64,000 nt of DNA from Thermoplasmatota archaeon. GTDB taxonomy: Archaea > Thermoplasmatota > E2 > DHVEG-1. The stretch spans positions 6,948-70,947 of the forward strand of contig JAWABU010000002.1 in the NCBI GenBank assembly GCA_038884455.1, given 5' to 3'. The notes below the pieces were generated by a model. That model saw only the letters and a program-made list of their open reading frames with translations. It had not been told where the DNA came from and did no database searches. Of this stretch, positions 40,683-49,901 are shown piece after piece (position 1 is the stretch's first letter; the number at the start of each line of letters is the position of its first letter). The translations under genes were made by a program, and so were the position numbers.

Positions 40683-43352
40683 ATGGCAGGATCTCGAAAT
40701 GTGACAAAAAAGATTGGGAGTTTAGAATTTTCTGTTCTTTCGCCAAATGAAATTCGAAAGATGAGTGCAACAAAGGTTATTACTGCTGATACGTATGATG
40801 ATGATGGTTTTCCGATTACGATGGGGTTGATGGATCAACGACTCAGTGTTATTGAGCCTGGTCTTCGCTGTAAAACCTGCGGGTTGAAGGTTGGGAAAGA
40901 CAAATGTCCTGGTCATTTTGGACATATTGATCTTGCTATGCCTGTGGTACATGTTGGTTTTGTGAAAACCATCAGGAATTGCCTTCGGGCAACGTGTCGC
41001 CGATGTGGTCGTATTCTTCTCACGGATGATCAAATCAAAGAGTATATGAAAACCATCGAGAAGAATAATGCTGATGGGCGAGATAATGCGTATGTTTTCA
41101 AAAATATTCTTACTGATTGTGTGAAAACAGAATCGTGTCCTCGATGTAAAACACTCGTTGGAAAAATTGATCTTGACAAACCGACATCATTTCGTGAAAA
41201 TGGGAAAAAACTTACACCGACGGAAATTCGAGAATGGCTTGAAAAAATTCCTGATGAAGATCTACCCTTGCTTGATATCAATAAAAATGCTGCTCGTCCT
41301 GAATGGATGGTGCTGACAGTTCTGCCGGTTCCTCCAGTGACGGTTCGTCCCTCGGTTACACTTGAAACTGGTGAACGATCAGAAGATGATCTCACCCATA
41401 AACTCGTTGATGTTATTAGGATCAATCAGCGACTGCAGGAAAATCGAGATGCAGGTGCACCGCAACTGATCGTTGAGGATCTCTGGGAATTACTGCAGTA
41501 TCATGTCACAACGTATCTTGATAATCAAACATCTGGGATTCCACCGGCTCGTCATCGATCAGGACGGCCGTTGAAAACCCTTGCACAACGATTGAAAGGA
41601 AAAGAAGGTCGTTTCCGAAGTAATCTTTCAGGAAAACGAGTGAATTTTTCCGCTCGTACAGTTATTTCTCCTGATCCAAACCTCAGTATCAATGAGATTG
41701 GCGTCCCGATTGAAATCGCTCGGGAGTTGACGATTCCTGTGCGGGTTACTCCTCAGAATCTTGAATGGTGTAAACAACTCATCAGACAAACCAAAGAATC
41801 ATTCCATGCTCATCAAGGATACATCCCACAGGTGAATTACATTAAACGATACCGTGAGGGTGTTGAACAGCGAATTAAAGTAACTGATAAGAATGCCGAT
41901 GATGTTGCAGATAAACTTGAGATTGGAACAATTATCGAACGGCAGCTCATGGATGGTGACATTGCATTGTTCAACCGTCAGCCGTCGTTGCATCGAATGT
42001 CAATGATGGCACATCGTGTTGTGGTTGTTCCGTATCGTTCATTCAGATTTAACCTCTCAGTCTGTCCACCATACAACGCTGATTTTGATGGTGATGAGAT
42101 GAACCTGCATTTATTGCAAGGTGAAGAGGCAAAAGCTGAAGCAGAGATTCTCATGAAAGTTCAGGAAAATATTCTTTCGCCACGCTTTGGCGGTATCATC
42201 ATCGGTGGATTGCATGATCATATCTCAGGGTGTTTTTTACTGACGTTTAACAATAAACGATTCACAAAAGAACAAGCATCGCAGATCCTCGGCGGGTTTC
42301 AATACACAGGAAAATTCCCAGAGGTTCATGAGGAAAACGGGACGTCTTTTGTATATGGCCGTGATATTTTCAGTGTCCTGTTACCAAAGGATATATCGAT
42401 GAGTTACAAAGCAAAATCATGTTTCAACTGTGAGGTGTGCAAAGCTCCTGATTGTCCCCATGGTACGTATGTCGTGATTAAAAATGGTGTGCTGAAACAA
42501 GGTGTGATTGATGAAAATAGTATTGGTTCATTTAAAGGTCGTATTATTGAACGGATCATCCGTGATCATGGAACCAATGCTGGCCGTGAGTTCATTGATC
42601 AGGTAACAAAGCTGGGTATTGCGACAGTAAGTGTTCTTGGTTTTACGACAAGCATTGATGATGAAGATATTCCGTTGGAGGCACGACGGCAGATCGAAGA
42701 TGGTCTTGAGAAAGCCCAAAAGAAGATTAAAAATCTTGTTCTCGCGTTTGAGAATAATGAACTTGAAGCGTTACCTGGTCGAAGTCTTGAGGAAACGCTT
42801 GAAATGGAGATCATGCGGGTTACTGGTCGTGCTCGTGATATGGCTGGAGAAATCGCAAGTAGGTATCTTGGTATGAACAATAGCGCAGTGATTATGGCAA
42901 AATCTGGTGCTCGAGGATCCATGTTGAACCTTTCGCAGATGTCTGGATGTGTCGGTCAGCAGGCAGTTCGAGGAGAACGTATTTCCCGTGGATATAAGCA
43001 GCGGACGTTGCCGCATTTCAAAAAAGGAGATCTTGGTGCTAGTGCCAAAGGGTTTGTTGCAAGCAGCTATAAGAGTGGTTTGACACCGACTGAGTATTTC
43101 TTCCATTCTATGGGTGGTCGAGAAGGGTTAGTCGACACTGCGGTTCGAACATCTCGCTCTGGGTATATGCAACGTCGTCTGGTGAATGCATTAGAAGATC
43201 TCAAAGTTGAAGATGATGGTACTGTTCGGCATACCGGTGGCGAGATCATTCAGTTTATTTATGGTGAGGATGGTGTTGATCCTGCGAAAAGCATGAATGG
43301 AAAAGCAGTTGATATCGAACGTGTGATTACTGAGATTAAAGAGGAGGCATAA
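40683..43352 (+). CDS. rpoA1: RNA polymerase subunit A'
   Basis: Zn motifs [13 protein letters not shown] and the catalytic [10 protein letters not shown]. 889 aa. Confidence 0.97.
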   Translation: MAGSRNVTKKIGSLEFSVLSPNEIRKMSATKVITADTYDDDGFPITMGLMDQRLSVIEPGLRCKTCGLKVGKDKCPGHFGHIDLAMPVVHVGFVKTIRNCLRATCRRCGRILLTDDQIKEYMKTIEKNNADGRDNAYVFKNILTDCVKTESCPRCKTLVGKIDLDKPTSFRENGKKLTPTEIREWLEKIPDEDLPLLDINKNAARPEWMVLTVLPVPPVTVRPSVTLETGERSEDDLTHKLVDVIRINQRLQENRDAGAPQLIVEDLWELLQYHVTTYLDNQTSGIPPARHRSGRPLKTLAQRLKGKEGRFRSNLSGKRVNFSARTVISPDPNLSINEIGVPIEIARELTIPVRVTPQNLEWCKQLIRQTKESFHAHQGYIPQVNYIKRYREGVEQRIKVTDKNADDVADKLEIGTIIERQLMDGDIALFNRQPSLHRMSMMAHRVVVVPYRSFRFNLSVCPPYNADFDGDEMNLHLLQGEEAKAEAEILMKVQENILSPRFGGIIIGGLHDHISGCFLLTFNNKRFTKEQASQILGGFQYTGKFPEVHEENGTSFVYGRDIFSVLLPKDISMSYKAKSCFNCEVCKAPDCPHGTYVVIKNGVLKQGVIDENSIGSFKGRIIERIIRDHGTNAGREFIDQVTKLGIATVSVLGFTTSIDDEDIPLEARRQIEDGLEKAQKKIKNLVLAFENNELEALPGRSLEETLEMEIMRVTGRARDMAGEIASRYLGMNNSAVIMAKSGARGSMLNLSQMSGCVGQQAVRGERISRGYKQRTLPHFKKGDLGASAKGFVASSYKSGLTPTEYFFHSMGGREGLVDTAVRTSRSGYMQRRLVNALEDLKVEDDGTVRHTGGEIIQFIYGEDGVDPAKSMNGKAVDIERVITEIKEEA

Positions 43353-43356
43353 GGCT

Positions 43357-44862
43357 ATGGTTCAGAAGAAATCAGGAACGGCAAAGAAAAAAGATAAAAA
43401 ACATCAGGTAAAAAAAATAACGGTGAAACCTCAACACAAACACAAAAGCAGAGCTGACCAAAAAAAACCAGTAAGAAAAATAAGTACAAAACCTCTGAAA
43501 AAAATTAAGAGTAGCAGAGAGCTGTTGAAAAAAATCCAAAAAACACCGGCAATAAAAACCGAAAAGATGGAACAGCGCGAAGAAGAACTACAGGAAGTCA
43601 TAGTTGAACCGACCAAGAAAGAAAAGGTTGTACCTGAACGGAAAATGCTTCCCCGTCCGGTGAAAATCGACGATGAACCCAAGGAATACAAAGAACTTCG
43701 AGGAAAGATTGAGAAAATTTTGAAGGATCGTTTTCTTCCAACAGCAATTATTGATACTCTTGTTGAACGTATTGCAAAAGAAAAAAAACTCGAATCAAAA
43801 CTTGACAAAATTGTCGATCGAGTGTATGCTGACTATCAGAAAAACAAGATTGATCCGGCTGAAGCCTGCGGTATGGTTGCCGCTCAGAGCATCGGAGAAC
43901 CTGGTACGCAGATGACGATGCGGACGTTTCACTATGCTGGTGTTGCTGAGATTAACGTTACGTTAGGGTTACCTCGTCTCATTGAAATTGTTGATGCACG
44001 TTCAATTCCATCAACGCCGATGATGAACATCTACCTGCGTGATGAGTATCGGGTGAATCCTGATCTGGCAAAGGAAATTGCTAATAAAATCGAGATAACC
44101 CGGCTTACTGATGTCGCTGATCTTGAGATGGATCTCATTAATATGACGATTTTGATTAAACCAAACAGTAAAACAATGGAGACGAAAGGACTCACGATTG
44201 ATGAACTTCTTGAGGTGATTCAAAACATCAGGAAGATCAATGCAAAAATCGAAAAAGATGCCATTAAAATAACCTTAGAAGAACCAGGATATAAAGCATT
44301 ACAAAATATTTATGAATCGCTAAAAAAACTCAAAATCAAAGGTATCGATGGAATCAAACGAGTGATTATTCGAAAAGAACCTAATGAAGGATATGTGATC
44401 TATAGTGAAGGGAGCAATCTCCAAGAAGTGCTTGACATCGATGGTGTTGATCCGTATCGAACTACAACAAATGACATTCATGCAATTGCCCGTGAACTTG
44501 GGATAGAAGCTGCACGAAATATGATTATCCAAGAAGCACATAATACCCTTTCTGAACAGGGGTTAAACGTAGATATGCGTCATATCATGCTGGTTGCTGA
44601 TGTGATGACTGCTGATGGAACTGTTCGAGCAATCGGACGGCATGGTGTAAGTGGTGAAAAAAGCTCAGTGTTATCCAGAGCAGCTTTTGAAATCACCGTG
44701 AATCATCTGCTGCTTGCCAGTCAACGCGGTGAGTCTGATATTCTGAATGGTGTTGCTGAAAACATCATTGTCGGTCAACCTGTGAATCTCGGAACTGGTG
44801 CTGTTGAACTTGTGATGAGTCGATCACGATCAATGAGTAAAAAGAAAACAAAAGGAGAATAG
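43357..44862 (+). CDS. rpoA2: RNA polymerase subunit A'' with an unusual N-terminal lysine-rich extension of about 110 aa
   Basis: Core motif [22 protein letters not shown] and the following blocks. GAGGAGG lies 9 nt upstream of ATG 43357. The first 70 aa contain 24 Lys. Confidence 0.93.
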   Translation: MVQKKSGTAKKKDKKHQVKKITVKPQHKHKSRADQKKPVRKISTKPLKKIKSSRELLKKIQKTPAIKTEKMEQREEELQEVIVEPTKKEKVVPERKMLPRPVKIDDEPKEYKELRGKIEKILKDRFLPTAIIDTLVERIAKEKKLESKLDKIVDRVYADYQKNKIDPAEACGMVAAQSIGEPGTQMTMRTFHYAGVAEINVTLGLPRLIEIVDARSIPSTPMMNIYLRDEYRVNPDLAKEIANKIEITRLTDVADLEMDLINMTILIKPNSKTMETKGLTIDELLEVIQNIRKINAKIEKDAIKITLEEPGYKALQNIYESLKKLKIKGIDGIKRVIIRKEPNEGYVIYSEGSNLQEVLDIDGVDPYRTTTNDIHAIARELGIEAARNMIIQEAHNTLSEQGLNVDMRHIMLVADVMTADGTVRAIGRHGVSGEKSSVLSRAAFEITVNHLLLASQRGESDILNGVAENIIVGQPVNLGTGAVELVMSRSRSMSKKKTKGE

Positions 44863-44867
44863 GTGTT

Positions 44868-45176
44868 ATGGTAGATGTTAATCAGGCGTTAAAAGAAGTT
44901 GCAAGTAAAGGAAAAATGCTGCTGGGTGAGAAACAAACGAAAGCTGCAATTAAAAATAAGACTGCAAAACTTGTTGTTCTTGCAAATAATTGCCCATATT
45001 CAGCTGCATTGATCAAAGATGCTGAAGCAGAAAAGATACCAATCTATCACTATCAATCTGATAACATTGAACTTGGGTATATCTGTGGGAAAAGTTATGG
45101 TGTTGCTGCGTTAGCTGTTGTTGACGTTGGAGATACGAATATTTTGCAGCTTGTTGGTGCAAAGAAAAAGAAATAA
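44868..45176 (+). CDS. rpl30e: Ribosomal protein eL30
   Basis: 102 aa with KLVVLANNCP. Canonical position between rpoA'' and nusA. Confidence 0.88.
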   Translation: MVDVNQALKEVASKGKMLLGEKQTKAAIKNKTAKLVVLANNCPYSAALIKDAEAEKIPIYHYQSDNIELGYICGKSYGVAALAVVDVGDTNILQLVGAKKKK

Positions 45177-45193
45177 AAAAAAGATTTGATGTC

Positions 45194-45619
45194 ATGGGTC
45201 AGATTGTTCTTTCTAATGAAACTGTTCAGTTCATCAATCTTGCGACGAAAACAACGAATGCTCAGATTATTGATTGTTTAGTTGAAGATGATCGAGTTGT
45301 TTTTATTGTTGAAAAAGGACAACTTGGAATTGCACTTGGTCGGAAGGCAAAGAATCTCGAACGACTGAACCATCTGTTGAAGAAGATGGTAAAATTCGTT
45401 GAATATGATGCTGATAAGAAGAAATTTATCGAAAATCTCTGCAAGCCATATGCTGTTCGCTCGGTCACTTTTGAGGGAACCGATCAGGAGAATATTGCAA
45501 AAGTTGAGGTTGAAAGTAAGGATAAGTCAAAGCTTATTGGGAAAGGCGGGCGAAATATTTCCATGATTCGAAAACTCGCACAGCGTCATCATACGATTAA
45601 AGATGTTCAAATCGTATAA
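45194..45619 (+). CDS. nusA: Archaeal NusA-like termination factor (two KH domains)
   Basis: 141 aa with GIALGRKAKNLERL and LIGKGGRNISMIRKL (GxxG KH motifs). Canonical position. Confidence 0.88.
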   Translation: MGQIVLSNETVQFINLATKTTNAQIIDCLVEDDRVVFIVEKGQLGIALGRKAKNLERLNHLLKKMVKFVEYDADKKKFIENLCKPYAVRSVTFEGTDQENIAKVEVESKDKSKLIGKGGRNISMIRKLAQRHHTIKDVQIV

Positions 45620-45668
45620 TTGAAAAACCTGATGGGGTACCCTACGGTTTTTTAAAGGGTTTCTGCAT

Positions 45669-47165
45669 TTGAGGGGTAGAGCAACACAGGGGGTTTTATG
45701 GTTGCGGATTCAATCTCATCCGATCCTTGAGTTCCCATCGAAGAAAAGCATTCCGTTCTATTTCAATAATCAAAAAATGACCGGTGTTGAAGGAGATACG
45801 ATCGCCTCTGCGTTGCATGCTGCTGGTGTTACAACACTCAGTAGAAGCCTTCGATTGCATCGTCCTCGAGGTTTTTTCTGCGGTATTGGGAAATGTTCTT
45901 CGTGTCTTATGCGTGTGAATGGTATTCCGAATGTTCGAACCTGCACCGCACCGCTCCATGAAAATATCCATGTTGAAACCCAAGATACACTTCCAGATGT
46001 TTCAGATCAAGTGTCGCTTCCATCCTCCCTGCAACCAAAACAGGACGTAACCGTTGATGTGCTCGTAGTTGGTGGTGGTCCTGCTGGACTTTCTGCTGCA
46101 TTGGAAGCAGTATCGTATGGAGCTTCGGTACTGCTCGTTGATGAGAATCAGATGCTTGGAGGTCAGCTCGTGAAGCAGACGCATAAGTTTTTTGGGTCAA
46201 AAGAGGAACGCGCAGGAACCCGGGGTATTGAGATTGCACGGCAGCTTACGTCGGAACTCGAACCATTTATTGATCGGAAAAAAATTCAAGTGATGCTTGA
46301 TGCAACCGTTATCGGTTACTATGAAGGTTCGAAGAATTTGCATCGATTCGGCATTGTACAACGTAAGGGATATCATAGTGTCCTGTATCAGGTTGACTGC
46401 AGAGCAGCGATTCTTGCCTGTGGTGCTATGGAGAATATGGTGTTGTTTCCTGGGAATGATCTTCCTGGGGTGTATGGCGCTGGGGCGGTACAGACCTTGA
46501 TGAATGTGTATGGCGTTCGGCCCGGAACTACTGTACTTATGGTTGGTGCAGGTAATGTTGGTTTGATCGTGTCGTATCAGCTTCTCCAGGCAGGAATCAA
46601 AGTTGATCGGGTTGTTGAAGCAGCACCGGTGATCGGCGGGTATCATGTCCATGCGGCAAAACTTCGACGATGTGGTGTTCCGATTCAGACGCAGCATACG
46701 ATTCAAGAGGTGTATGGAACAGAACATGTTGAAGGTGCGGTGATCGTCCGTCTTGACCACCAGTGGAAACCAATTCAAAACTCAGAGGAATATATCACTT
46801 GTGATACGATTTGTTTGGCGGTTGGTTTGACGCCGTCGACGCGGTTACTCTCACAGATCGGAGTTGCTCAGGAGTTTATCGCTGAGGCTGGTGGGTATGT
46901 TGCACTCCATAATGAAGCGATGGAAACAACGGTTCAGAATATTTTTGTCGCAGGTGACAGTTCAGGTATTGAGGAAGCATCAACTGCGATGGTCGAGGGA
47001 AAAATCGCTGGTTTTTCTGCAGCCTATAATCTTAACTACACTACTGATGATCAGATCAGGAAGAAGTATCTTGATCAGTTAGAATGTCTCAGAGCAGGAC
47101 CGTTTGGTGAAAAACCACGGATTGCAAAGCAAAAAATCAACGAATTGCTGGTGAAGCAGGTATGA
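45669..47165 (+). CDS. Alpha-type subunit of a proline-dehydrogenase/sarcosine-oxidase-like complex: N-terminal 2Fe-2S domain fused to an FAD/NAD(P)-binding oxidoreductase
   Basis: GDTIASALHAAGV...FCGIGKCSSCLMRVNG..VRTC (2Fe-2S, SoxA/HcnA-like N-terminus). Then VLVVGGGPAGLSAALEA and a second Rossmann motif, VLMVGAGNVGL. The start is uncertain (TTG 45669 or TTG 45702); ATG 45777 would truncate the domain. Confidence 0.78.
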   Translation: MRGRATQGVLWLRIQSHPILEFPSKKSIPFYFNNQKMTGVEGDTIASALHAAGVTTLSRSLRLHRPRGFFCGIGKCSSCLMRVNGIPNVRTCTAPLHENIHVETQDTLPDVSDQVSLPSSLQPKQDVTVDVLVVGGGPAGLSAALEAVSYGASVLLVDENQMLGGQLVKQTHKFFGSKEERAGTRGIEIARQLTSELEPFIDRKKIQVMLDATVIGYYEGSKNLHRFGIVQRKGYHSVLYQVDCRAAILACGAMENMVLFPGNDLPGVYGAGAVQTLMNVYGVRPGTTVLMVGAGNVGLIVSYQLLQAGIKVDRVVEAAPVIGGYHVHAAKLRRCGVPIQTQHTIQEVYGTEHVEGAVIVRLDHQWKPIQNSEEYITCDTICLAVGLTPSTRLLSQIGVAQEFIAEAGGYVALHNEAMETTVQNIFVAGDSSGIEEASTAMVEGKIAGFSAAYNLNYTTDDQIRKKYLDQLECLRAGPFGEKPRIAKQKINELLVKQV

Positions 47166-47632
47166 ACCGAGTGAAAACGTATGAGCAAACCGGCATTCTT
47201 GCTCTTTCAGATCTCATTCTTCCATCAAAAAAACAGTTGGAGAAAGGAGTTGCGATTCTTGAATGTATCCAAGAAATACCATGTAACCCCTGTGTTGATG
47301 CATGTCCTGTGCATGCGATTTCTATGAAAGATATCAATGCACCTCCGGTGAACAACTATGATCTCTGTACCGGATGTACTCGATGTGTCGGGATTTGTCC
47401 TGGTCTTGCTATTTTTGTCATAAAAATCAAACAAGGAAAGGCATATGTGACGCTTCCGTATGAATTTTTACCGATTCCAAAGGTTGGAGATACTGTCCGT
47501 GGATTGGATCGAGCTGGAGTGTATCAGACCGATGCCGTGGTTACTCGGGTTGTTCGACAGGGGAAAACCATGGTGATTACGATTGAAGTTCCAGAGCAGT
47601 ATGCTCTTGAGATTAGAAATATTCAGGTTTGA
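47162..47632 (+). CDS. Ferredoxin-like small subunit (gamma-type) of the same complex
   Basis: CNPCVDACP and CTGCTRCVGICP motifs. 156 aa. ATGA overlap with the upstream gene. Confidence 0.7.
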   Translation: MNRVKTYEQTGILALSDLILPSKKQLEKGVAILECIQEIPCNPCVDACPVHAISMKDINAPPVNNYDLCTGCTRCVGICPGLAIFVIKIKQGKAYVTLPYEFLPIPKVGDTVRGLDRAGVYQTDAVVTRVVRQGKTMVITIEVPEQYALEIRNIQV

Positions 47633-47638
47633 GATGGT

Positions 47639-47920
47639 ATGGTTCAAAAAAGTGTTGTGTGTCGATGTGAGGATATCACAGAAGATGATGTTCTTGAAGC
47701 AATTGCTGAGGGTTACACTGATCTTGAGGAGCTGCGGAAAAAACTCCGTATTGGAATGGGGCCATGTCAGGGTCGTGTGTGCATTCAGCTTGTTATGAAG
47801 ATTCTGGAGAAAAAAACCGGGAAAAAAGTTACCAAAGCCTCATTGCATAAACCACGGCCGCCGTTGATTCCGGTGCCGCTGAAAACACTTGCACGTGATC
47901 ATGATGAAACGAAAAGCTGA
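47639..47920 (+). CDS. BFD-like [2Fe-2S]-binding small subunit (delta-type)
   Basis: CRCEDITEDDVLEAI...GMGPCQGRVC is the BFD-like 2Fe-2S pattern. 93 aa. Confidence 0.7.
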   Translation: MVQKSVVCRCEDITEDDVLEAIAEGYTDLEELRKKLRIGMGPCQGRVCIQLVMKILEKKTGKKVTKASLHKPRPPLIPVPLKTLARDHDETKS

Positions 47921-49052
47921 TGTTGTGATTATTGGTGGCGGGGTGAATGGCTGTTCATTAGCCTATCATCTCGCGAAACGTAAGCTTACGGTAGTTGTTG
48001 TTGAAAAGAAGTATCTCTCATCTGGAGCGACTGGTGCATGCGGTGCTGGTATTCGACAGCAGTGGTCAACCCGTGAGAATATCGAACTTGCGATGGACAG
48101 CGTAAAGATGTTTGAAAATCTAAGCCGAGAACTTGGGATGGATATTGAGTTTCGACAAGGCGGGTATCTGATTGCGATCCATGATGAAAAAGAGATGCGG
48201 CAAGCTGAAAAAAATGTGTCGTTACAGCGGTCGTTAGGTTTAACTGTTGACATTATTCCTCCTGAGAAGATGGTTGACATTGTTCCGATTCTTGATGTGA
48301 AAGGGATGCAGGCGATCGGTGCATCGTTTTGTCCAACCGACGGTCATGCGAATCCATTTAAAACCACATTTGCGTATGCACAGGCAGCGCGTCGTTATGG
48401 AGCTGAGATTTATACGCATACGACGGTTACTGATCTCGTCGTTGCGAAAAAAAGAATCACTGCAGTAAAAACCGATAAAGGAACGATTACGACACCAGTA
48501 GTGGTGAATGCTGCTGGGGTTGATTCTGTTGGAGTTGCAGAGATGGTTGGGGTTCGACTGCCGATCACCCCTGTTCGCAAGGAAATTATGGCAACGGAAC
48601 GGTTGAAACCGTTGTTTGAAGCAATGGTCATCAGCTTTAAAGATGGTATTTATTTTAGTCAGCAGCCTGAAGGACAGATTGTTGGTGGTATTCCTATTCC
48701 TGAGGAACGAAGTGGGTTTAAAACTATGCCGACGTTGCAGTTTGTCTGGCATATGTCAAAGACGTTGATTCGATATGCACCGGTGTTATCGGAGGTGAAT
48801 ATGCTTCGTCATTGGACTGGTTTTTATGATGTGACTCCTGATGCTCGGCCGATTCTTGGTGAAGTTCATCACCTGAAGGGTTTTATTCAATGTAATGGTT
48901 TTTCTGGCCATGGTTTTATGTTGTCCCCGATGGTTGCGCAAATGTTAGCGGAGTATATTGTCTCAGGAAAAACACCTGAAGTTTTGAATAATTTGAATTT
49001 GGATCGGTTTCGTGGGAAAAAGATTGAGAAAGAGTTATCGGTGGTTGGATAA
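47901..49052 (+). CDS. FAD-dependent amine oxidoreductase (DAO family; beta-type, proline dehydrogenase/sarcosine oxidase beta-like)
   Basis: DVVIIGGGVNGCSLAYHLAKR dinucleotide fold and a C-terminal GFSGHGFMLSP. I prefer the ATG at 47901. Confidence 0.85.
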   Translation: MMKRKADVVIIGGGVNGCSLAYHLAKRKLTVVVVEKKYLSSGATGACGAGIRQQWSTRENIELAMDSVKMFENLSRELGMDIEFRQGGYLIAIHDEKEMRQAEKNVSLQRSLGLTVDIIPPEKMVDIVPILDVKGMQAIGASFCPTDGHANPFKTTFAYAQAARRYGAEIYTHTTVTDLVVAKKRITAVKTDKGTITTPVVVNAAGVDSVGVAEMVGVRLPITPVRKEIMATERLKPLFEAMVISFKDGIYFSQQPEGQIVGGIPIPEERSGFKTMPTLQFVWHMSKTLIRYAPVLSEVNMLRHWTGFYDVTPDARPILGEVHHLKGFIQCNGFSGHGFMLSPMVAQMLAEYIVSGKTPEVLNNLNLDRFRGKKIEKELSVVG

Positions 49053-49071
49053 AATCAAAAAAACGAGAGGT

Positions 49072-49785
49072 TTATTTTTGTACGTGATGCATGGTAACTC
49101 GTTTTTTGAATAAGAAGAGTAAGTTTTTCCACCCATCGGAAAAACTTTCGAGTTTCACGTTTCCTTCGCGGAGGTATAACGTTGAGGGGATTTCTCGTGC
49201 TCTGATCTTTTTATTCGTAAACATTTCAATTTTGATTTCTTCTGAGAAGGGCATACCGTCGTTAAAGGCTTCAAGAGGTTGTATTTTTGATAACGCTTCT
49301 TTTTTCAAGATCCACATTCCTGATTGTGAATCTTTGATATGAACCCAAAAGAGGATGCGGACTGTCCATGCAAGGATGAGGTTTCCGAACCGATGTTTGA
49401 CACTCATCGATCCTTTCGTCAGTTGTGCGAATCGGTTGGTGGTCATAAAATCAAGGTTTTCCTGGAGAAATAGATCGAGGTATTGGGGGATGCAATCAAA
49501 TGGGTAGGTCGCATCAGCATCACCTGTGATGATGATATCTTCGGTGAGATGGTGCAACCCGGTTTTATACGCCCGGCCGTATCCTTTTCGTGGTTCAAGA
49601 ATGACGTGGACGTTGTGTTGTTTGGCGATCTGCTGGGTGTTGTCGGTAGAGAGCCCATCGATGATATAGAGAGTAAGTTGCCAGTTCTTCTTTTGAAAAT
49701 AGGTATATGGGATTGTTGCAAGTGTTTTTTTGAGTCCTTGTTCTTCATTAAGAGTAGGCATGAGAATGGCAATGTTCAGAATCAA
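49072..49785 (-). CDS. Family-2 glycosyltransferase (dolichyl-phosphate sugar synthase-like)
   Basis: IAILMPTLNEE, IIDGLSTDNT and ITGDADATYP (DxD) motifs. Confidence 0.85.
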   Translation of the reverse strand: MILNIAILMPTLNEEQGLKKTLATIPYTYFQKKNWQLTLYIIDGLSTDNTQQIAKQHNVHVILEPRKGYGRAYKTGLHHLTEDIIITGDADATYPFDCIPQYLDLFLQENLDFMTTNRFAQLTKGSMSVKHRFGNLILAWTVRILFWVHIKDSQSGMWILKKEALSKIQPLEAFNDGMPFSEEIKIEMFTNKKIRAREIPSTLYLREGNVKLESFSDGWKNLLFLFKKRVTMHHVQK

Positions 49786-49901
49786 TCACATCCTAAGGAT
49801 AGCAAAAGAAATAGGAAAAGGTGTTAAAAAAGTTTTATAAAAAGAGAAAAAGAGAGAAGTTTGAGAGAACCTTTTTGTTTGTTCTCTCAGGTGCTTTGTC
49901 T

